In this document: positions 1-8,251 of the stretch, piece by piece
Layout of the letters: each line of letters opens with the position of its first letter
How positions within the stretch are numbered: position 1 is the first letter of the stretch
Source: Elusimicrobiota bacterium
GTDB lineage: Bacteria; Elusimicrobiota; Elusimicrobia; Elusimicrobiales; UBA9959
Direction: 5' to 3'
Assembly: GCA_027340875.1 (NCBI GenBank)
Contig: DAIENX010000068.1
Span: 1-50,455, forward strand
Length of the DNA: 50,455 bases
Notes under the pieces: model-generated
Database searches by the model: none
What the model saw: only the letters and a program-made list of their open reading frames with translations
Told to the model about the DNA's origin: nothing
Translations under genes and position numbers: made by a program

Positions 1-1
1 G

Positions 2-91
2 TGGTCGATTTCGCAGGCGCAGGAAGCGCGCTGGGCGAAGCGCCTATGGAAGGCCTACAAGCCTCGGGAAAAGGAGGTGGCGGCGGTTTAA
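2..91 (+). CDS. C-terminal fragment of an unknown protein truncated by the window edge (..WSISQAQEARWAKRLWKAYKPREKEVAAV*)
   Basis: Frame 2 is open from the edge to TAA at 89-91; too short to identify. Confidence 0.4.
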   Translation, partial: WSISQAQEARWAKRLWKAYKPREKEVAAV

Positions 92-150
92 ACTAGGCTG
101 CCCATGCTTCCGAATTTACACCCAGAAAATTGACATGGCCGGCCTTACCC

Positions 151-208
151 GGCCGCTCCCGTCCGCCTTCGGCGGCCGTACAACGCAGAAAATTATTTCC
201 CGCGCCCA
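151..208 (+). repeat. Left 58-bp inverted repeat arm
   Basis: GGCCGCTCCC...CGCGCCCA is the exact reverse complement of 12732-12789. Confidence 0.95.
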
Positions 209-210
209 CT

Positions 211-222
211 GCAAAGAGTTGA
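211..222 (+). repeat. 12-bp direct-repeat core GCAAAGAGTTGA (left copy)
   Basis: Identical to 12720-12731; both copies lie on the inner side of the inverted arms. Confidence 0.85.
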
Positions 223-550
223 ACCGTTATCATTACAGACTCTGCCCGCGCTCGCCTGTGGCTGCGCCACCAGCGGCGCGGGCCTGTTCCTGTTATCTAT
301 CTTAACTGACATTCCGGTGGCCGCAGTATTTATAAAAACACCGCCCCGGCGTCCGCTGCTGCGGCCGCCGCGGCGGTCTTTTCTGTTAATTATAAGCAGC
401 CACCGGGCAGAGAATGGCGAAGACCATAAGGAAAGGGCCAGGCCGGGCGCGCCTGGCTCCCGTGTGGCCGTCGCACCCGGCCTGGCCCCTGCCTCACCTG
501 ACCCCGCCCATCTATGATACGGCGTATTAACCCACCCGACGGAGAATTAT

Positions 551-587
551 ATTTATCGGAAATTTATCGGCAATTTAACGGAAATTT
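551..587 (+). repeat. Three tandem 11-bp direct repeats (ATTTATCGGAA / ATTTATCGGCA / ATTTAACGGAA) plus a partial fourth
   Basis: Read directly from the sequence; period of about one helical turn. Confidence 0.7.
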
Positions 588-612
588 TAGGCCAAAAACG
601 CCGTTTTTAACG

Positions 613-645
613 CGACACACCCTTGTCGGGTTCGTGATATATAAT
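613..645 (+). promoter_or_regulatory. PafBC/WYL-type promoter: CGACA-N6-TGTCGG-N10-TATAAT
   Basis: CGACA 613-617, TGTCGG 624-629, TATAAT 640-645; the same architecture occurs upstream of radC. Confidence 0.65.
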
Positions 646-785
646 AAATGCGTTAAGGCATTATGATAGGAGCATTACTTCGTAATGCTCCTGTGGGGTG
701 AAGCTTGCCATGTGGCATATTAAAAAGGAATATATAGTAATAAGTGTGTAAAAGTTATAGTATTACTATAATGTAGGCGCTACAC

Positions 786-814
786 TTGACAAAATTGGAT
801 TTCTCTGGTAGACT
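786..814 (+). promoter_or_regulatory. Sigma70 promoter of the hsdM operon
   Basis: TTGACA (786-791), 17-nt spacer, TAGACT (809-814) with an extended TGn motif. Confidence 0.75.
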
Positions 815-854
815 AGTAGTGTCGGCTTAGGGTTGTGCAAGGGGCTTCAAACTT

Positions 855-2339
<1,485 letters not shown>

Positions 2340-2348
2340 GGAGGGCAT

Positions 2349-3371
2349 ATGGCTACTCTTGAACAGGAAAATACTGCGCGTAATTTTTTAAAAACTGAAT
2401 TGCCAAAGTTTAGTCAATTAAATCCAAAAGACTTCGCCCGTGATTCTGAGCTCGGAACACAGTTTGGTTTTTCAGAAGGTCTCCCATACTTTGAGCGGAT
2501 AGTGAATTTGTATAAAGAACTGTCCCAAGTTGATTTGTCAGGTGTTCCCTTCTCGGCACTTGATCCCTTGGCTAAGATATTCGTGGAGGCCATAAAACTT
2601 TTTCAGAAAATTAAGGAGTTCGATCCTAAAAAATCTGCAAACCCGAACGCTGACAGGGAGGCATTGATTAATACGGCTCGCGATCAATATGACTCTCATT
2701 TTCAACGGGTCGCCCCAGTTCTTGCATATACGACCCGAAAAGGGACGAATTTTGAGGATTATGAGCGCAAAGCCAAAGTGGCGCTCGAATCGGTAGAGAA
2801 GCTGGCTCAAGAAATTTCTGAAAAAGGAAGAGCGGCTGAAGCATCGGCAGAAAAAATCCTTAATAAATTGCAGGAAGAAGCGGCTAAACTTGGCGCTGGG
2901 CAACACTCAATTAACTTCAAATTGCAGTCGGACGAACATAAGAGAGTCTCCTTTATATGGCTTGTTTTTACGTGGCTTTCTGTCGCTCTTGGCGCATTCT
3001 TGGTGTGGTATTTTTTCTTAGGGCCACAGAAAGTGATTCTGGAGAATCTAACTGCCGGACAAGCTATATACCTAGTGGCGTCACGCATAATGCTGTTTTC
3101 GGTTGTCTCATTCGTAATATATTGGGCAGCCAAGAACCATGGCGCTCACCAGCATAACTACGTAATAAATAAACATCGGCAAAACGCCTTGGCAACTTTT
3201 CAAACATTTATTGAAGCTGCTGGGTCTGACCAATCAGTAAAAAATGCTGTTCTTCTGCAGGCGGGACAAGCTATTTATGGTCAGCAGTGCACAGGATACT
3301 CCGATGGGATTTCATCTCCTGCTGCTCCGGTTAACCTGATTGAAGTCGTTAAGAATGTCGCTGAAAGATAA
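2349..3371 (+). CDS. Hypothetical coiled-coil protein with two TM helices (candidate defence membrane effector)
   Basis: 340 aa, SD GGAG, helical/coiled-coil N-terminal part, two hydrophobic segments (about aa 200-260), AT-rich. Confidence 0.75.
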   Translation: MATLEQENTARNFLKTELPKFSQLNPKDFARDSELGTQFGFSEGLPYFERIVNLYKELSQVDLSGVPFSALDPLAKIFVEAIKLFQKIKEFDPKKSANPNADREALINTARDQYDSHFQRVAPVLAYTTRKGTNFEDYERKAKVALESVEKLAQEISEKGRAAEASAEKILNKLQEEAAKLGAGQHSINFKLQSDEHKRVSFIWLVFTWLSVALGAFLVWYFFLGPQKVILENLTAGQAIYLVASRIMLFSVVSFVIYWAAKNHGAHQHNYVINKHRQNALATFQTFIEAAGSDQSVKNAVLLQAGQAIYGQQCTGYSDGISSPAAPVNLIEVVKNVAER

Positions 3372-3390
3372 TTATATAGAGGAGACATAT

Positions 3391-3537
3391 ATGTACATGG
3401 AAGATTCTGAGATACTTATCGCAGCGTCAAACCTGGCTGCGGCAACTTCGAGGCAGAGAAGTGTGAGCCCCAAAGATTTGGTGGATGAAACCATGAGAAT
3501 CTTTAAGATGCTAAAAGCTGAAATAGAAAAGATTTAG
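3391..3537 (+). CDS. Small hypothetical protein (48 aa)
   Basis: Strong SD GAGGAG at 3379-3384 before ATG 3391; fills the gap between neighbouring co-oriented genes. Confidence 0.5.
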   Translation: MYMEDSEILIAASNLAAATSRQRSVSPKDLVDETMRIFKMLKAEIEKI

Positions 3538-3545
3538 AAATTAAT

Positions 3546-4136
3546 ATGCCCTTCAAAAGCAAAGCCGAGATAGACCGCATACTGGACGCCCTGGGTGATC
3601 AGCTTGCGGCCGCGGGGAGCGAGCCGCTGGACCTGCTGGTCTGCGGCGGCTCGGCTCTCCATGCTTTGCATCTGGTAACCCGCACCACCAAGGATGTGGA
3701 TGTGGTAGCCAGAATTGAAGGCGGTAGCGGGGCTATGCACCGCCCGGATCCCTTTCCGCAGGCTCTTGCCAGTGCAATAGCCAAAGTAGCCAGGGACTTC
3801 GGGCTGAAAGATGATTGGTTCAACCCCGGCCCTGCCTCGGCGCTGGACTTTGGCCTCCCTGATGGCGTGCTTAAACGTGCCGAGGTTGCACGCTATGGTT
3901 CCCACCTTATTGTCCGGTTCTTTAGTCGGTACGACCAGATACATTTTAAGCTATACGCTGCCGTGGACCAGGGCGGCAAGCACTATGCGGATCTGTTGGC
4001 ACTTAATCCCACTGCGGAGGAATTGCTGGCTGCCGCTAAGTGGAGCATGACGCACGACGTTTCCGAGGCCTACAGAGGCGAAGTAAAAAGAATCCTGATA
4101 GGAATGGGGCACAATGATGTCGCTGAAAGATTATAG
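3546..4136 (+). CDS. DUF6036/AbiEii-like (pol-beta superfamily) nucleotidyltransferase
   Basis: hGGSAL...R-T-T-K-D-V-D motif near the N-terminus; K...D..DL C-terminal helices. Confidence 0.8.
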   Translation: MPFKSKAEIDRILDALGDQLAAAGSEPLDLLVCGGSALHALHLVTRTTKDVDVVARIEGGSGAMHRPDPFPQALASAIAKVARDFGLKDDWFNPGPASALDFGLPDGVLKRAEVARYGSHLIVRFFSRYDQIHFKLYAAVDQGGKHYADLLALNPTAEELLAAAKWSMTHDVSEAYRGEVKRILIGMGHNDVAERL

Positions 4137-5169
4137 AGAACAATTGCTTGAGCGCCTGATAAATTTTCTGTGGCGGCAATGGTCCGCTTTGGGACTGTTG
4201 GGCGAATCCGGTGGTGACGAAGATTGGGTTATAGACCCGGAGTCTCTGCTGGTGTTTTCCCTTGAGATAGGTCGTTACGAGCCTCGCCTTTTTGACGAGA
4301 TCCTTGCCTGGCTTAAGGTTAATGCCCACCTGTTGGATACCCCTAGGTTAAGGAATATTATTGAGGCCCGCGGGGCCGCCACCGCCAGGATTATAGGTGC
4401 GGCCTTGCAGTATATTCTGGATGACGGCGGAGACCCGCGCAAATGGAAGAATCTTGTAGCTTTATGCGCGAAGTTGTCTCCTCAGGATTCTGTGCGGATA
4501 GAGGCGCTGTTTAAAGATAAAACCGGCAAAGCACATCCCATGGTCTCAGGGGAAAAGGCTGACGCGGCTTTCCTTAAATTCGGTTTTAACCGTCCGGTGT
4601 TGAAAATACAGAAAGCAGGCAAGAAAGTGCCGGTGAATGCCAAGACAAATCTGCGCTTTCTTTTGCGCTCACTTTTCGGTGTTGGCGGAAAATCCGAGAT
4701 CATTCTTTACCTGCTTACGCACGACGGAGCGAGACCGAAAGAAATCTCTGATGCTATAGGCCTTTTCTGGCTCGGAGTTACTCAGACACTTATTGATCTT
4801 TCCAATTCGGGGCTGATCCTTATACGGAGCAGAGGTAAAAAGCTGGACTACTGGCTTTCCCATAAAAAGTGGTGGGAATTCATTTCCCCGTCCGGCTCAG
4901 GTGAAGATCGGCCGAAGTGGTTGGATTGGGCGGTTATCTATTCCGCTTTCGCTACCCTGTGGCAGGCCATGGAAGCTCTGGCGGATAGCGACGCTTCGGA
5001 GTACATGAAGAGTTCCAGGCTGCAGGATAGTTTGGAGCAGGTAACGGCGGAGTTTTCTCGCGCCGGCTTTGACGTGGGTAATCCGCCCGCGCCAGGTTTG
5101 CCTGCCGAGCTGCACCAGAAAGTGTCCCTGGCCTTTCTAACAAAAATCTTAGGAGATTCTAATGACTAA
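4114..5169 (+). CDS. Hypothetical protein with winged HTH; probable partner/antitoxin of the nucleotidyltransferase
   Basis: Overlaps the NTase stop; LFG..KSEIILYL....RPKEISDAIG......TQTLIDLSNSGLI resembles a wHTH. Confidence 0.65.
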   Translation: MMSLKDYREQLLERLINFLWRQWSALGLLGESGGDEDWVIDPESLLVFSLEIGRYEPRLFDEILAWLKVNAHLLDTPRLRNIIEARGAATARIIGAALQYILDDGGDPRKWKNLVALCAKLSPQDSVRIEALFKDKTGKAHPMVSGEKADAAFLKFGFNRPVLKIQKAGKKVPVNAKTNLRFLLRSLFGVGGKSEIILYLLTHDGARPKEISDAIGLFWLGVTQTLIDLSNSGLILIRSRGKKLDYWLSHKKWWEFISPSGSGEDRPKWLDWAVIYSAFATLWQAMEALADSDASEYMKSSRLQDSLEQVTAEFSRAGFDVGNPPAPGLPAELHQKVSLAFLTKILGDSND

Positions 5170-5761
5170 CCAGATAAATAGCCTGAAAATGGGGCAGAAA
5201 TTGAAGAAGACTCCTGCCGGTGAAATACCTGTGGAGTGGGAGGCGAAAGAAATTGGTGAATTGCTGGACTATGAAAGGCCAGATAAATATATTGTGAAAA
5301 ACACAGATTATTCAAGCGATCCAGCCAGTGGTATTCCTGTGTTGACCGCAAATAAGTCTTTTATTTTGGGGTACATCGATGAGGATTTTGGTGTTTGTAA
5401 GGATACTCCAGTTATAATCTTCGATGATTTCACAACAGATAGTAAATATGTGGATTTCCACTTTAAGGTTAAATCTTCTGCGATAAAAATTCTTAGGGCT
5501 AAAGCGGGCTTTGACCTGAAATATATTTTTGAGGCTATGCAGTTAATTAATTTCGCTGTTGGTGACCATAAAAGGTATTACATTTCAGAATATCAGAACA
5601 TAGTTTTGCCTGTTCCGCCACTTGCCGAGCAGAGAAAGATTGCGGAAGTCTTGTCTGCGATGGATGACGAGATTAATAAAACTTCCATTCTTATAAATGG
5701 AATGCGGTCGGTCAAAAATGGGTTAATGCGAGCTTTGCTAACTGGCAAAGTGAGAGTATAA
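5162..5761 (+). CDS. hsdS: Type I R-M specificity subunit, half-size (one TRD plus one conserved region)
   Basis: N-terminal KKTPAGEIPVEW, a single TRD, PPLAEQRKIAEVLS, canonical C-terminal LLTGKVRV; only 199 aa. Confidence 0.9.
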   Translation: MTNQINSLKMGQKLKKTPAGEIPVEWEAKEIGELLDYERPDKYIVKNTDYSSDPASGIPVLTANKSFILGYIDEDFGVCKDTPVIIFDDFTTDSKYVDFHFKVKSSAIKILRAKAGFDLKYIFEAMQLINFAVGDHKRYYISEYQNIVLPVPPLAEQRKIAEVLSAMDDEINKTSILINGMRSVKNGLMRALLTGKVRV

Positions 5762-5774
5762 ATCAGGGGGTGCT

Positions 5775-6563
5775 ATGAGCCAATATTTGAGAGATGAATC
5801 GTTGAAGTGTATTACTGTTCCAGCAGAGTCACTTCGTAAAATCAATGAGGATCTGAATGAAATCGCGAAAGCTGTGGTGGATAAACTCCCAGAGAATGAA
5901 CGCGCAAATCATCAGCTGATTCCGATATACGTTATTCGCTTCGATGGGAAGGGCTTTAGGCTTCACGACTTTGAACAGGTGATGCGATATTTTACTGATG
6001 CGAATGTGGTTGAACGCTTGGCTATCGCTTTTCAGTCGCCAAATAATATAGCGCAGGCAAATTTTGCGGGGAAACGTATTGAAATCCATCTTGACACTAA
6101 AAATCCAGAAAACTGCTCGCTCCTTGTTGAGGATGATGACCGGGACTGGGTGGATTTTGTGTTTATGAAAATCCGGGAAAGGCTTTTAAGATACTCAAAC
6201 CGAAATTGGATTGTTCGAAGCCAGGGCGCTGGTGTTGTGATTCAGCTTTTGGGCGTTGGTGTTGGCTTTTTGTTTAGCATTTGGGCATCAATAATTATTT
6301 CGCCTGCGTTGCGTATTGAAAACGCAATGCTGTTCTCATTTATTGCGGCATTTTTGCTGTTCTCGAATATGTGGACTTTTATGCTGAATGGTATAGGGAA
6401 AATTGCTGATACCATTTGGCCCAATGTTTCCTTTCGGAAGCCTTCGGGTCTCCATTGGTTAGTTCAGGGGTTAATTGCTACAGCGGCCTTCTCATTGATA
6501 ACAGTACTGTTCCTAAAACTCTTTGCATATCTTGGTAGTATTTTTAAGCCTTTGTTGAACTAA
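5775..6563 (+). CDS. Hypothetical membrane protein (soluble N-domain plus about 3 C-terminal TM helices)
   Basis: 262 aa, SD AGGGGG, three hydrophobic stretches in the last ~110 aa. Confidence 0.75.
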   Translation: MSQYLRDESLKCITVPAESLRKINEDLNEIAKAVVDKLPENERANHQLIPIYVIRFDGKGFRLHDFEQVMRYFTDANVVERLAIAFQSPNNIAQANFAGKRIEIHLDTKNPENCSLLVEDDDRDWVDFVFMKIRERLLRYSNRNWIVRSQGAGVVIQLLGVGVGFLFSIWASIIISPALRIENAMLFSFIAAFLLFSNMWTFMLNGIGKIADTIWPNVSFRKPSGLHWLVQGLIATAAFSLITVLFLKLFAYLGSIFKPLLN

Positions 6564-6592
6564 CTGCATAGGAGTCTGTTGACTTCGAATTT

Positions 6593-7357
6593 ATGAGTTT
6601 TTTCCTGGATTGTGAGTCTGGTGAAAGTGCCATTGAGACGCTGTGTAATGGCTTTTCCTGCTCAAAAGAGGCGTTAACCGGCGTGCTGTCTTCCATTGAT
6701 ATTGATGATATTTATAGAAAGCACGCGGATGAGATAAACGTTCCCGCAGAGGAGTATTTGTACAAGCATACGGTTGATGAGCTTGGCCCCCACAAACTCC
6801 TGGCAAGCGTATGTTGGTTTCATCTTACTCGCACGATGCCTAGCAATCACTTCCGCGGTGGGGTTGTGCCTCTTGGGCAATCGCTGGATACGGTTTGGGA
6901 TATGATGCTGAGCCTCCAGCGGGACAAAACGATTCGTGACAGATTATCTAAAATGCGGAAATCTGGAGTGAATAATTGGTTGTTTGATTTAAAATCGAAA
7001 GATCCGCTTCATTGGGGGCCATACGGCATTCTGGTTAAAGATGTGGCGTTCTGTGCCAGGAAGTTGGGGCAGCATGATTACTTGGGAATGCCAGAAATAA
7101 TAGAAGACATTTGTAACGGCTATAAAGAACAATACGGGGGATCAATATTGGAAACCTATTGTGATGCATTGATCCCTAAAATCGTTAAGTTTAAAAGTGA
7201 TGTTCGATTGGATTCGGGATGTGTCGAGGCCGCGGTATCGTATGTTTATACCTACATACGAAAGCAGCCTACAGCCCGTTGGTCTGTGACCTGCTTTGAT
7301 GGCGGCGGCGTTGCGATATCTTCAAATGATATTTTGTCGGTTATCAACGTGAAATAG
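6593..7357 (+). CDS. Hypothetical soluble protein (254 aa)
   Basis: Co-oriented ORF filling the operon; conserved-looking CWFHLTR, WGPYG and PEIIEDI motifs. Confidence 0.75.
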   Translation: MSFFLDCESGESAIETLCNGFSCSKEALTGVLSSIDIDDIYRKHADEINVPAEEYLYKHTVDELGPHKLLASVCWFHLTRTMPSNHFRGGVVPLGQSLDTVWDMMLSLQRDKTIRDRLSKMRKSGVNNWLFDLKSKDPLHWGPYGILVKDVAFCARKLGQHDYLGMPEIIEDICNGYKEQYGGSILETYCDALIPKIVKFKSDVRLDSGCVEAAVSYVYTYIRKQPTARWSVTCFDGGGVAISSNDILSVINVK

Positions 7358-7381
7358 TTCTTGGTGTTTTCTGGAGAAATA

Positions 7382-8251
7382 ATGGATTTCATTGTGAGCA
7401 ATTGGCTGGCATGGGTCACGGCCTTAGGTGGCTGGGTGATTGGTGTTGTTAGTGATTTGGGCAAAGAACATTGGCGACGGCAGCGGGATATCAAAGAGGC
7501 TCACGCGAAAACCATACAAAAGGAAATTCTTGAGCCGATCTATGAGTATCTCAAAGCGTTCTATTTGCCTGTATCCAGATTGATGGAGTCCCCCATAACG
7601 GTGTCACCGGAAAATATAACCAAAAATCCGTCAAATATTACTGAGGACGCCTATGCTGGAACTCGCTTTGTTGTTTGTCCCAGAGTTGCAGAAAAACCTA
7701 CAGGGAAACTGTTGCAATCAGATTATTGGCACGAATCGGAAGGGTTTAAGCGGTACTATGCTGATGCAAAGGACAACCATTACGCGGAATTGCTCACGAG
7801 GTGGGAAGCGTTTCGAGAAAAGTTTGAGGGAATGCAGGAAAAGTCTTTGGGGTATACTGCGAATCTTGTCTCCCAGTTAAACGCCGACCTTAAAATGGAG
7901 CCATTTTCTCCAATGGGCCTTCCCAAGACTCCTTGGGCAAGTTATGAAAAGATCGCCCTCATAATCTTTAAGCGGCATTTAGGTATAGGTGCTGAGGGAA
8001 TAAGGTTTGATGAAAGCTGGGGGGTTAGCCTGCGAACGAGCATGTCACAGGAAGAAGTTCTTAAGTGTGTTTCCACTCCTGACGCAAAGAAAGCCTTGGA
8101 GATAATAAATAATATCCCGCACAAACATGAAGCCGTTGATGAAATTAAACTTTTAAGCAAGCGTCTGGAACAAGAGGCGGATAAGCTGCTGCAAGACTTT
8201 CGATTCGAGATTTCGAAAACCCCTAAAGCGGTAGGTTGCAAACTCATATGA
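7382..8251 (+). CDS. Hypothetical protein with an N-terminal membrane anchor
   Basis: SD GGAG then ATG 7382; hydrophobic first ~25 aa; stop overlaps the hsdR start (ATGA). Confidence 0.7.
   Translation: MDFIVSNWLAWVTALGGWVIGVVSDLGKEHWRRQRDIKEAHAKTIQKEILEPIYEYLKAFYLPVSRLMESPITVSPENITKNPSNITEDAYAGTRFVVCPRVAEKPTGKLLQSDYWHESEGFKRYYADAKDNHYAELLTRWEAFREKFEGMQEKSLGYTANLVSQLNADLKMEPFSPMGLPKTPWASYEKIALIIFKRHLGIGAEGIRFDESWGVSLRTSMSQEEVLKCVSTPDAKKALEIINNIPHKHEAVDEIKLLSKRLEQEADKLLQDFRFEISKTPKAVGCKLI

Noticed and set aside
211..224. Integron attC/attI (GTTGAAC fits GTTRRRY)
   Set aside because: The right copy reads GTTGATG, no intI is present, and no attC-like sites lie between the cargo genes.
317..517. 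66-aa ORF (likewise ORFs at 12711-13009)
   Set aside because: Pro/Arg-rich translations of hairpin-rich non-coding DNA, no SD.
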